Positions 35,010-46,764 of a stretch of DNA of 64,000 nucleotides are shown here, in pieces. Source of the DNA: Scenedesmus sp. PABB004 (taxonomy: Eukaryota); contig JABVCE010000012.1 in the NCBI GenBank assembly GCA_014905635.1, positions 310,001 through 374,000 of the forward strand, given 5' to 3'. The number at the start of each line of letters is the position of its first letter. The stretch's first letter is position 1. The notes below the pieces were generated by a model that was not told where the DNA came from, ran no database searches, and was given only the letters and a program-made list of their open reading frames with translations. A program made the position numbers and the translations under genes.

Positions 35010-37230
35010 GGGCGGCGGTGCAGGGCCCAGGGCCCAGGCGCCGCCCGGCCGGCTGCCCGCGCCGCCGCCGAGGAGGCCCCCGCGCGCACCGCCCCGCCGC
35101 CCACAGCCGCCGCCCTCTCAGCACCCCTGCCACACGCACACACACGCACGAGCGCCGGCCGCGGCCCTCGCAGTTCCCGCACGCACCGCGCCGCCGCCGC
35201 CCAGCACCCGCCCCCGCCCGCGGCGCGCCCCTGGCCAGGCGGGGCGCGGACCTGCGGGCACCTGGTGACTGGATCGTGCCGCCCAGCGCAGCGCCAGGCG
35301 AGCCGGGCGCGCGGGCGGGGAGGGCGGCGTGCGGGCGGGCGCGCTGCGCGGCGCCCGCTGCGGGCGGCGGGGGCACTGGCGGTGCGCGGTGGGCGGGCGT
35401 GTAGCGTGGATCGGCGGGTATGCGCGCCCCGGGCGCCGCTGGCAGGCCCGCCGCCGCGCCGGGGCGGGGGCGGGCGCGGCGCGCTGCTGCTGCCGCGCTC
35501 ACGCCGCCTGCGCGCTCGCCCGCTGCTGCCGCCGCTCCGCCTGCTGCCCCCTGGTGGTCCGCAGGCTGTGAGGTGGCACCATGGCGTCTGCGCCGGCGGG
35601 CAAGCGGCACGCCGGGCCGACCACGAGCGCGCACGCGGCCGCAGCGGCGGCAGGCGAGGCACTGGCGGGGGCCGAGGCGGCGCCGAGGTGGGCGCGCTGC
35701 TGCTGCTGCTGCTGCTGGTGCCCCCTGGCTGATGCTGCCTGGCGCGGCACGCGCTGCCCACGAGCCACCACCGCCGGCAGCAGGCGCCGCCTGACCGCCC
35801 GCCGCCCGCCCCGCTCGCCCTCGCTCCGCGCCGCCAGCAGCCTGTGGGCGGAGCTGCCTGAGCCCCTCGTGCTTCACGTCCTGAGCTTCCTGCCGCCGGC
35901 CCTGCAGGCGTGGGCAGCCAAGCTGGTCTGCAAGGTGGCGTGCGAGCGCTTCCGCGGCGCCACGGTCGTCTCCCTGCGCTGCCCCGGCCTGCCGCTGGCG
36001 GCGGTGCAGGAGGCCTGGCGGGCGGTGCTTGCTGCCAAGCAGGGTGACAAGTGGCTGAAGCGGCAGCGGGTGACCAAGCGGCAGGAGCAGTGGCAGCGGC
36101 GGGCGGTGAAGCATCACAAGCGGCAGCAGTGGCGGCTGGCCAACGCGCGCGCGGTGTGCGGCGACGTGGCGGGGCTGGTCTGGCTGCGCGGCGCCGGCTG
36201 CGACATGGATGACATGTCTTTGAACGACGGCGTGCGCTACACAGCAGCGCGCGCCGGCCAGATCGCCGTGCTGGAGTGGGCGCGCGGCGAGGGGCTGGAC
36301 CTGCGGTATGTGTGCTACGAAGCAGCGCGCGCCGGCCAGGTCGCCGTGCTGGAGTGGGCGCGCCGCAAGGGGCTGTACCTGGGGCACGTGTGCTGCCATG
36401 GAGCAGCCTCTGGCGGGCAGCTGCATGTGCTGCGCTGGGCGCGCGCGCAGACTCCGCCGGCGCCCTGGGGCGATCGGGTGTGCTCCTGCGCTGCGCAGCG
36501 CGGCGACCTGGAGATGCTGCGCTGGGCGCGCGCGCCCAGGCTGAGCCCGCGCCGTGGGACGAGGAGGCGTGCGAGGCGGCGGCCGGAAACGGGCAGCTGG
36601 AGGCGCTGCGCTGGCTGCGCGCCAACGACTGCCCGTGGGACCGCGCCGCGTGCGAGCGCACGGCGGCCAGGCCGTGGCGTCGCGACGAGGCCATGCTCGC
36701 GTGGATCCAGGCGCAGCCCGAGTGAGGTGTCGGGAGCAGCCTGCGTAAGCTCACTCGAGTGTGTCGGGAGGGCTGGCAAGGAAGCAGGAAGCATCGCGCA
36801 CCGGCCAGCTTGCCGTGCTGGAGCGGGCGCGCGGCAAGGGACGTTGACGTGCGCGGCGTGTGTGCGTTCGGTGGGCAGCTGTCGGCGCAGGCAGGCGCGA
36901 GTGGCGCACGGTCGCGTGGGTCCATGGCCGCCGATGAGTTTTAGGAGGGGGGACGCCGCTTGACTGCCGCTGTCTGCCGCGCCGGTGCGGCGCCCTGTTG
37001 CGCGCTGGTCGGGCTCGGCCGCGTTGGGCCGCCCCGTTGCAACCTCGACCGCGCAAGGACAGAGCCGCGCCCGGCGGCCGTCGAGGCTAGTGTTTTGTCG
37101 CTGCGGCGGAGGCTTGAACGACCTGGCCGCCGCCGCCGCTGTGCTGCACACCGCTGCTCTGCTGCAGACACAGCCGGCTCGCCGCCGCCCCACGCGCACC
37201 GCTGCATGCCCCGCCGCGCGCTGCCGCCGA
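35010..37230 (+). repeat. F-box/ankyrin cassette copy U7 with 3' tail shared with U1
   Basis: Leader starts ~95 bp after the QTRT2 stop. Tail 36726-~37230 matches 1783-~2290. Confidence 0.9.
35581..36725 (+). pseudogene. F-box-like + ankyrin-like gene (U7) with +2 frameshift near 36530
   Basis: Extra CG in a GCGCGC run shifts the last repeat into another frame (real mutation or assembly error). Expanded basic linker KQGDKWLKRQRVTKRQEQW... Confidence 0.7.
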
Positions 37231-37260
37231 CCGCCCGCCGCTCCTTCATGGCCGGCGACC

Positions 37261-37810
37261 ATGGCGGGCGCGGCCGGTAACTGGAAGAGCAAGCTCGCGG
37301 TGCGCAGCGCTCGCTACCGCCGCGGCGGCGGCGGCAGCGAGGGTCGAGCAGCGGAAGGCGGCGACGCCCCGCGCCGCCGTCGGCCCGCAGGTCGCGGGCG
37401 TGGTGGGCCTCATCTGCGCGGGCGTCTACCCCGTGGTGGTGGTGCCGCTGCAGATCGCGCACGGCACCGCGGAGCGGCCGGTGCGCCGCGGCGCTGCTGC
37501 CGCTGCTGCCGCTGCTGCCGCTGCTGCCGCCGCGGCCCGGCGCCGCCAGCCGTGCTCTCACGGCCGCCTTGCGCGCGACGGCGCAGGCGCGGGAGCCGGG
37601 GCTGGCGCCGGGCTTCAAGAAGAGCGGTGCGCCGCGCTGCCGCTGCCCGCTGCCCGCCGCTGCCGCGTGCCCCACGCTGCGGTGGCGGGCGCGCCCGGAG
37701 CCCACGCCGCACCGCCCGCCTGCCGGCGCCCGCCAGGCATGTGGAAGCACATTGACGCAGCCAGCAAGGCGTCCTCAGCGCCCCCGGGGGCCGGTGACGA
37801 CGCGCAGTGA
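37261..37810 (+). CDS. Small ~80 aa single-TM protein (SMIM20-like?), 4 exons
   Basis: Exons 37261-37299, 37391-37480, ~37587-37627 and 37737-37810 splice in frame with GT-AG sites: MAGAAGNWKSKLAVAGVVGLICAGVYPVVVVPLQIAHG...GFKKSGMWKHIDAA. Confidence 0.65.
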
Positions 37811-37882
37811 GCAGCAGCAGTGCGCGCTCGAGTCACGCCCGGCGACCGCCGTCGGACCAACAGCAGCGGCGGCGCCGTGTCT

Positions 37883-37920
<38 letters not shown>

Positions 37921-37940
37921 TCCGCACGCGCGCGCGCCCC

Positions 37941-39357
37941 ATGAGCCTCCCCCGCCTGCTGGCGGGCCTGTCGCGCGCAGCCGGCGGCGCCGGCGGCCGG
38001 CCCGCGCTCAAGTGTGAGCCTCGCGCGCCGCGCCAACCGGCGGCGCGCGCCGCGTCCCCCCCCCCCCCCACCCACCCACCCACCCGCTCGCCCGGCGCCC
38101 GCGCGCCGCAGCGGTGGCGGAGCTCGACCCCGCCCTGCTCGCCAAGGCGCGGCGCCTCGCGCTGCTCGTCGGCGGCGGCGCGGGCGCGTTTGGCGCGCTC
38201 GTTGGAGTTGGGGGCGGGGTGCTGATCGGCCCGGTTATCCTTGCGGCATGCCCAGCGGTGCCGCAGCGCGTCATCGCCGGTACGTCCCTCGCCGCCGTGG
38301 CGACGACGGGCCTGACCGCGGGCGCGGTCTACGCCGGCAGCGGCTGCGTCGAGCCGCGCAGCGCGGCGCTGCTCGCCGCGGGCGCGGTGCTGACCGCGCC
38401 GCTCGGCGCGCGGCTCACGCACCGACTCGACTGCCAGGTGCGGCCGCGACCGCGCGCGGCGCCGCGGGCCCGGGGGCGCAGGGGCGCGCGGCGCGCGCGC
38501 GCCACTCACGCGTGCGCCGCCCACACGGTCGACCCACGCGCGCACCGCCACGCCGCGCCGCTCACGCGCGCACCGCCGTGCAGGCGCTGCGCAAGGGGCT
38601 CGGGTTGTGGCTCTACGCCGTCGCCCCTCTGGTGCCGCTTAAGGCCCTGCTGTTCGCCCAGGACGCCGGCGGCGGCCCCGGCGGCGAGCCCACGGCACCG
38701 GCCGGCGCGGCGCCCGCCGCCGCTCTCGCCAGCGCCGCGGCGCCCGCCGCGCAGGGCGCGGCCGGCGGCACGCCCCGGCCGGCGACGCCCCGCCCGCGCG
38801 CGGCGTCGCGGCGTGGCTGCGCGAGCAGTGGCGGCAGCCGCTCGCCGCGCGCGACGCGGCGATCGCGGCGACGGGGTGCCTCGCGGGCTTTGCCTCGGGC
38901 GCGCTCGGCATCGGTGCGCCGCCCGCCGCGCGCCGGCCCCAGCGCGCGCGCGACGGCCCCAGCGGAGCGCACGACCCTCGCGCCACGCCCCCGCGCTCAG
39001 CCGCCCCGCCCCCTCCGCCCGCGCGCCGGGCGCCGTGCAGGCGGCGGCACCGTGGTGACGCCGCTGCTCGCGCTCGCGGGCGGCGGGGCGCAGCAGGTCG
39101 TGCTGGGGACGAGCCTCGCGGCGATGGTGCTGCCGTCGCTGGTCGGGCTCGGGCAGCACGCGCGCCTGGGCAACGTCGACTGGCGCATGGCCGCCGGCCT
39201 CGCGGCGGGGACGACCCTCGGCAGCTACGCCGGCTCACGCCTCGCGCTCACCGCGCCGCCGGGCGTGCTGGAGGGGCTCTTTGCCGCCGGCATGCTGCTG
39301 CTCGGCCGCCGCACGCTCGCGGCCGCGGCGCGGGGCGTGCCCGCGGCCGCGCGGTGA
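37941..39357 (+). CDS. TauE/SafE (TSUP) family membrane transporter
   Basis: Two-fold repeat GxxGxGGGxxxxP...GTSLAA: GALVGVGGGVLIGP..GTSLAAV and GGGTVVTPLL..GTSLAAM; also GNVDW. Confidence 0.88.
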
Positions 39358-39481
39358 CTCGTGCGTGTGGGGTGGCCCCTCGGGCGGCTCGGGCGGCCCC
39401 GCGTGCGCGGGCCGATCACGGGCGGCACGCAAAAGCGCGTGAGTGGAAGTGACAACTCACTCAGGCTGTGGAAGTGACACC

Positions 39482-39648
39482 TCACTCGGGCTGCGCCGTG
39501 ATCCACGCGACCACCGCCTCATGGCCCTTGCGCGCCACCTCGTGCTCGCACGCGCCGCGCTCCCACAGGCAGCCGTTGGCGCGCGGCCAGCGCAGCGCCT
39601 CCAGCTGCCCGGGCGGCGCCTGCGCCCTGGGCCCTGCACCGCCGCCCC
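39482..39648 (-). repeat. Internally deleted cassette U8 (leader start fused to last repeat and stop)
   Basis: Junction ...CTCCAGCTGCCCGG|GCGGCGCCTGCGCCCTGGGCCCTGCACC; spacer motif (GTTGCCAG) at ~39730. Confidence 0.85.
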
Positions 39649-39878
39649 GCGTGGCGCTGCTGCCGGGCGGGCGCCGAAGCGTGTGCGCGCACCACCCAGG
39701 CCGCGTCGGTGCCGTGCGCGTTCAGCCGGTTGCCAGCACCGACGGCCGCTCGCCAGGTCAGATCAGCTTGAACACGGTGCTTTCAAAACACCGGTGCTTC
39801 CAAAACACTGCAGTGATCTCCGGAAGGCGGCTGCCCGTTCAGCTGCAGGCGCCAGCTCCCCCCCCCCCGGCCGTGCGC

Positions 39879-42558
39879 TCACTGCAGCTCGCCCAGGCGG
39901 CCCCGCACAAACGCCTGCACCAGCTGCAGCGTCCGCGCGGGCGCCGAGCGTGTCGTCAGGTGGCCGCCCCAGCGCACCTGCGAAGCGTGGCGGCAGCGGC
40001 GGCGGCGGCGGCGGCGGTGGCGGCCTCGGCCGGCGCCGCGCGTCGCGGCCGCCCCCGCCCCCGCGCCGCGCGCCTGCCTGCGCCCGCGCCGCCCCAGGTC
40101 GGCCCCGGCCTGAACACCCTCCTAAACCCTGCGCCCGCACCGTGGCCCAGGTGAGGCCCTTGTAGTGAATGAGGTGCCCCGCCGTCTGGTTGGTCGCAGC
40201 ATCAGTCCACATGTCGATTGGCCGCGCCGCGTCGGCGAGCGGCAGGCCGAGGCCCTTGATCCAGCGCCGCGTGCCCAGCGGGGAGATGTAGGTGTCTGCG
40301 CGAAGGGGGGGGGGCGCAGGGCGTGAAGCGTGGGGCGTGGGCTAAGCTCGTGTCTTGCCAGGCAGCCAGCTGCGCGGCAGGGACGGGGCGCTGGCGAGGG
40401 CTCGGTCCGCGCAGGCGGCGCAGCGCGTGCGTGCGGCACGGCGCGCGCGTGGCGGTGGCGACGGCGGGGCCCACCCTGGTCGCCGTTGTACACGAGGATT
40501 GGCAGCCCTGACCGGGGCGGCGGCGCGGCGAGGCGTGAGCGGCCGGCGGCGCGCGAGCGCGCGCGTGGCGCGGCGGCGGCCGCAAGGCGGCTTCCGCTGC
40601 GCGCGCGGCCCCCAAAGCGCGGCGCGCGCGGCGCAACCCACCCGCGGCGAGGAGCTTTTTGTACACCGGGATCATCGGTGTCAGCAGGCTCTCCAGCGCG
40701 TAGGTGATGTTGCGCCCCGCGCAGCTCGCAAAGTGGCGCGGCGAGGCGCCCGGGCGGATCGCGCCGAGGTCGGCCTGCACGCCGCCGCGGCTGAGGTACG
40801 GCTCCGCGTCCTCGCACGGGTCGGTGGTGCCCGGGCCCCACCACAGCGGGTCTGCGCGCGCACGGGGGCGCAGGTGTGCGCGCGCGAGGGCAGCGCAGCG
40901 CCCGAGCGGCGCGCCCAGAGGGGCGGGCCGCCGGCCGCCGCCGGGCTGCGCCGCCTCACGCCGCACCGGGGCGGGGGTAGCGGGCGGTGGCGTTGGTGCA
41001 GACGGGCTCGTTGAGTCCGTAGAGCAACACCCGCTGCGGGTCGCCGTTGCCCGCATGCTCGTACGCCGCGTCGCGCAGCGCGGCGCACGCGGGCGTGAGG
41101 CCGTTGGCGCCGTGCGTGCGCCACAGCACGCCGCGCGAGAGGTCGCAGGAGGTGGTGAGGCCCTCGTAGGTCGCCTCGGCGATGAGCCCCGCGGCGTACC
41201 AGGTGTCCAGCGAGGCGCGGTTGTCGGTCGCGGGGTCGGTCCAGCCTGTGGCCGGCGTGCGGCGCGTGCGTGTGCGTCGTGTGCGTCGTGTGCGTCGTGT
41301 GCGTTTGTGCGCGTGTGCGCGTCGTGTGTGGGTGTGCGTGCGCGTGCGTGTGCTTTTGGGAGAGGATGGGGCTTGCGAGGCAGGCGGGCGCGCGCCCGAG
41401 CGCAGGGCGGCGGCGGCGGCGACGGCGGCGCGGGCGGCCGCGCGCGCGCTCGCACCGTTTTGCACGGCGATGCCGGCGAGGGGGATGCGGTTGGGGCGGG
41501 GCGCGCGGGCGTTGTAGCTCAGCAGCGCCTCGCCCAGCAGCGGGACGTAGTGCCCTGCGGACGCCCGCGTGCGTTGATGTGTGTGTTTGGGGGGGGGGTG
41601 CTGTCAGCCCGGCCGCGGTCGCGTGGCGCCCGGCCCGCCCTCCGCTGCGCACGCCCGCGCGTGGCCGCACCTCCGTAGCTGACGCCGATGGCGTAGAGCT
41701 GGTTTCCTGCAAAGCGCGGGTGCGCCGCGTAGAAGCCGCGCAGGAAGGCCACCAAGTCACCCACCGCCTTGGCGTCGTCTGGCCGCCGTGCACGCGGGCG
41801 GGCGGCGTGGTGCAAGGAAGCCGGGCGGGCGCGCGCGGCAGGGCACAGGCCCCCGGCTGCAGCGGCGGCGGCGGCCGCGCGCACCCGTGCTGCGGTCGGC
41901 CTCGTCGGCGCTGGTGCTGAACCCCGTGAACGCGGGCTGGTCGAGGTAGATCACGTTTGCCGCCGTCGTCCAGCTGTGCGGGTTGCGGGCGAGCTCGCCG
42001 CTGCTCGCCGAGGTCCAGGGGCCGTTGCCGTCGCTCATGTAGCCGCTGGCGACGCCGGAGCAGCCGGGGCCGCTGCGGCGGCGCGCGGCGGCGGCGGCGG
42101 CGGCGTGGGGCGGGCGCCGTGCCACCTGGCCGCGCCAGCCCGCGTCGACCGCACCCCTGCAGCCACAGGATGACCGGCGCGCTGGCCGGATCGGTCTCGG
42201 CCTCGGCGAAGACGTAGAAAAGCTTGCGCTTGCCGCCCACCGGGATGTAGCTGGGCGAGCAGCAGCGGCGGGCGGGCGGCAGCAGCGGCGGCACCGGCGG
42301 CGGCAGGTGAGCCGCGCCCGCGCCGCCGCGCCGCGCTGTGCAGGTGCGGCGGCTTGGGCAGCTGCTGGCGAGCTCCCCGCGGCTGCGCTCGCACCCGCTG
42401 GACGTGGGCGAGCGGACACTCTTGCCCGCCACGCGCGTGATGTTCCACACGGCGCTGCTGGCCAGCTCACGGGCTGCCCCGCAGGCCGCCCAGCTCATCG
42501 CGACGACGGCCAGCAGCAGCGCGCCGCTGCTGCGGGCGCGCGCCGCTGAGCGCGGCAT
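39879..42558 (-). CDS. Serine carboxypeptidase (peptidase S10), with signal peptide
   Basis: LFYVFAEAETDPASAPVILWLQG|GPGCSG, NPHSWTTAANVIYLDQP, GVSYG|GHYVP, LVYNGD, LTWATVRWGGH. Confidence 0.92.
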
Positions 42559-42821
42559 GCTGCGAGTTCCGGAGCTAGCTCCGGAACTCGCCAGGGCAGC
42601 GCTGCCCTGGCGACGCGCCTCCGCACCCGAGGCCTCGCGTGCAACTCCCAAAACGAGGCACTGAGCTTACCAGCGCAATGACCCCCTCGGGAGGTCACTC
42701 GCTGGGAGTACGGGCGTGCACCGCCGCTGCTGCGCCGACAGTGACGCCAAGCGGCCCCGGCCGCCGCGCTCGCGCCGCCACCGCCGTCACACACGCCCGG
42801 TCCGTCAGCGCCGCCTCGTCG

Positions 42822-44311
42822 TCACGCGCCGGGCAGGCGGAGCCGCGCGCGCTGCAGCGCGTCGAGCAGCCAGCGCGGCGCAAAGCAGCCCAGCAGCACG
42901 ATGACCCACCCCAGCCACGCGTCCACGACGACCGGCGGCGGCCGCGGGCGCAGCAGCTGCGGCACCAGGCGGCGTGCGATGGCGGCGGGGTCGCTTGCGC
43001 CCACGCCGCCCAGGCCGTCGCGGCCGTCGTCCTGCAGCAGCTGCCGGTTGGCCTGCGGCGCCGGCCGGCCGCAGCGCCCGCCCGCTGCGGCGTGAGCGCC
43101 GGCCGGCGCTACCCCCCGCGCGGCGTGCGTCGCGGCGCGCAGGCAGAGACGCGCGCGTGAGCGCGCGCACATAGTCGAAGCGCGCGTAGGGCCCGCCCGG
43201 CGCGGCCGGCACGACCACGCCAGCTTTGCTGAACAACGCAGTGCGCATGAACCCTGCAGCGCGCGCGGGGCCCCAGCGCTCGCACGCGGCCGCCGGCGCG
43301 CGCCGCGCGCGCCGCCCCCGCCCCCACCGTGCTGCGCGGCGCGGGGCGGCCGCCGCACCCGGCGCGACGTGCATGACGCGAACACCAAAGGGCGCGACCT
43401 CGACGCGCAGCGCCTCGCCGTAGGCGCGCAGCGCGTGCTTGCTCGCAGCATACGCCGCGGCGAGCGGCGCCGCCGCGTACCTGCGCGCGCGCGCGCGCGG
43501 CGGCGGCCGCGAGCGCGCGCGGGCGTGGGAGGGCCCGCGGGCGCGGCCCGTGCGTGCGTGCGGCGGGCCGCGGCGCGGGCGCCGCGGGCGCGGCGGGCTC
43601 ACGCGGTCGCGCTGCTGATGTGGACGATGAGCCCCCGGCGCGCCGCGACCATGTGCGGTGCGACCGCGCGGTCGAGGGCCAGCACGGCAAAGAAGTTGAC
43701 CTGCGCCCGCGCGCGCGGCCAGGCGGCGGCGGCCCCCTTACCACAGGCCGCCGCCGCCGCCGCGGCTCGGCCGCGCGGCCCCCCGCTGCCACCGCTCGGC
43801 CGCGTGGCCGGCCGCCGCGGGCGCCGCCGCGGGCGCGGGCGCGGTCCGCCGCGGACCGCCGCACTTCCAATAGCTGGCGCGTCGCTTCGAGCGGGCACTC
43901 GAGCGTCCAGGCCTTTAGCAGCGCGCCGGCGTTGTTCACGACTGGCGGACCGGCGCGGGCGCGGGCGCGGGCGCGGGCGTGGGCGAGGGCGTGGGCGCGC
44001 GCCACGGCGCGCTGCCGGCGCGGCGTCCGGCTGTGGCGGGAGTGGCAGGAGCGCAGCGGCTGCGGCAGCGGGCGCGCACGTATGTCGATGCGCCCCTCGG
44101 CCGCGAGCACGCGCGCGACGACTGCGTCACGCTGCGCGGCGCACGTCACGTCGAGCTCGAGCTCCGTGCAGCCGTGCTGCGCAAGCGCGAGCGCGTCCAC
44201 GCTGCGCCCGGTGGCGTAGACGCAGCAGCCGCGCGCGGCGGCCTCGCGGCAGATGTGGTGCCCCAGCCCGCCGGCCGACGCTCCCGTCACGAGCACCACG
44301 GGCGGAGACAT
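42822..44311 (-). CDS. Short-chain dehydrogenase/reductase
   Basis: VLVTGASAGGLG, ELDVT, NNAG, VNFF, YAASK, VAPG. Confidence 0.92.
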
Positions 44312-45201
44312 GCTCCCCGCCGGCGCCTGGGCCCGCGCCGTGGCGACGGCCCACCCTGTAGGCGCTCACCAGCAGCGCTCGTCGCAGACAGGCTGACGGC
44401 GGGGGCAGTCGCGGGCGGGCGGCGTGAGCGCAGCAGCAGCAGCAGCGGCGCGCCGCGCCCGCCCCCGCCCCGGCGCGGCGGCGCGGCGGCAGGCCTGCCA
44501 GCGGCGCCCGGGGCGCGCAAGCCCAGCATTCCACGCCACACGCCCACCCGCCGCGCACCGCCGGTGCCCCCGCCGCCCGCAGCGGGCGCCGAGCAGCGGC
44601 GCGGCCCGCCCGCCGCCGCTGCCTGCTCACCGCCTGCCCGCGCGCCCGGCTCGCCTGGCGCTGCGCTGGGCGGCACGTGCTAGTCACCAGGCGCCCGCAG
44701 GCCCGCGTCCCGCCTGGCCAGGGGCGCGCCACGGGCGGGGGGCGGGCGCTGGGTGCGGCGCGGTGCGTGCGGGCGCTGTGTGGGCCGCGGCCGGCGCTCG
44801 TGTGTGCGCGTGGCAGGGGGGGGGGGGGGGGGGCTGAGAGCGGCGGCTGTGGGCGGCGGGGCGGCGCGCGCGGGGGCCGTCCTCTGCGGCGGCGAGGGCA
44901 GCCGGCCGGGCGGCGCCTGCGCCCTGGGCCCTGCACCGCCGCCCGCGTGCCGCCGCTGCCGGGCGGGCGCGACGTGCTGCCGTCAGCACAGTGACGGCGC
45001 GGGAGTGCGACCCGCCCAGGTGCACTGCGTGCGCGGTCGGCCGGTTGCCAGCACGCACCGCCTCGCCGCTGCCAGCTTCCCTCTCCCTCTCCCTCGCCAC
45101 GCACGCGCACCATGCCGCAAGCAGCGCCCGCACGCACGCGCGCCCAGCCACGGGCCTGCCTCACCTCGCCCTGATCGTAGTCCGCGTCCGAGCTGTGAAG
45201 G

Positions 45202-46132
45202 TCAGAAATCGCGAGAGTCGTCGTCCAGCGACGCGGGCTGCGCCCGGATCCACGCGACCACGGCCTCGTGGCCACGCATGGCCGCCCAGTTCTCGCACTC
45301 GCGACGCCACCACGGGCAGCCGTTGGCGCGCAGCCAGCGCAGCACCTCCAGGTGCCCGTTCGCGGCCGCCATGCAGCACGCCCTGCAGTCCCACGGCGCG
45401 GGCTCGGCCTGGGCGCGCAGCCAGCGCAGCAGCTCCAGGCCGGGGCAGTGCGCAGCGAAAACACACTCCAGGCCGCCCCAGGGCAGCGGCGGCGTCTGCG
45501 CGCGCGCCCAGCGCAGCACACCCAGCTGCCCGCCCGTGACTGCGTTGGTGCACGCGTCCCACAGGTCCAGCCCGTTGTCGCGCGCCCACTCCAGCACGGC
45601 GACCTGGCCGAGCGCCGCTGCTGCTTCGCACACAGAGTCATCCATGTCGCAGCCGGTGCCGCGCAGCCAGGCCAGCCCCGCCACGTCGCCGCACGCCGCG
45701 CGCGCCTCTGTCAGCCGCCTCTGCTGCTCCCACCCTTCACCCTGCAACGCCCGCCAGGCCTCCTGCACCGCCGCCAGCGGCAGCTCGGGGCAGCGCAGCG
45801 AGACGTCCGTGGCGCCGCGGAAGCGCTCGTACGCTGCCTTGCAGACCAGCTTGGCGGCCCACGCCTGCAGGGCCGGCGGCAGGAAGCTCAGGACGTGGAG
45901 CACGAGCGGCTCGGGCAGCTCTGGCAGCGGGCTGCTGGCAGCGCGGGCGGTGAGCGGCCGGGCGGCATGGGTGGCGTGGCGGGCCGAGGTGCGCGCAGCA
46001 GCCGCTGGTTCATTCGCAGCGCCCCCTGGCCAGGCAGCACCGGCCATGAGACGCCTCGCCACACGCGCACCTCGCCTCTGCGACCTCCGCCAGCATCAGA
46101 CCGCTGAGCGAATGCTCTACCAGCGAGGCCAT
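45202..46132 (-). CDS. F-box-like + ankyrin-like repeat protein (U10), apparently intact
   Basis: MASLVEHSLSGLMLAEVAEA, phase-2 intron (AG|GTGCGC), LPELPEPLVLHVLSFLPP, four core repeats. Confidence 0.85.
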
Positions 46133-46764
46133 GGCGCCACCTGGGGGCCATGCAGGCCACCAGGGAGCAGCAGGCGGGGCGCCGGCCACAGCGGGGCGAG
46201 CGCGCGGGCGGCGTGAGCGCGGCAGCCGCAGCAGCGCGCGGCGCCCGCCCCGGCGCGGCGGCGCGGCAGCGGGCCTGCCAGCGGCGCCAGGGGCGCGCAG
46301 GCCCGGCGTTACACGCGACATGCCCGCCCGCCGCGCACCGCCGGTGCCCCCGCCGCCGCCAGCGGGCGCCGCGCAGTGCTGACCGGCCTCCGCTGCCCTC
46401 CCCGCCTGCCCGCGCGCCCGGCTCGCCTGGCGCTGTGCTGGGCAGCACGACCTAGTCACCAGGCGCCCGCAGGACCGCACTCCGCCTGGCCAGGGGCGCG
46501 CCGCGGGCGGGGGCGGGCGCGGGGCGGCGGCGGTGTGTGCGGGCGGGCGCTGTGAGGGCCGCGGCCGGCGCTTGTGCGTGTGCGTGTGTGTGGCAGGGGC
46601 GATGAGGGCAGCGGCTGTGGGCGGCGGGGCGGCGCGCGCGGGAGGCCTCCTCGGCGGCGGCGCGGGCAGCCGGGCGGCGCCTGCGCCCTGGGCCCTGCAC
46701 CGCCGCTCACCCACCGAGGTCGCTGCAAGCGCCGGCAACGATAGGAGGTTCAACCCCTCCCAGC

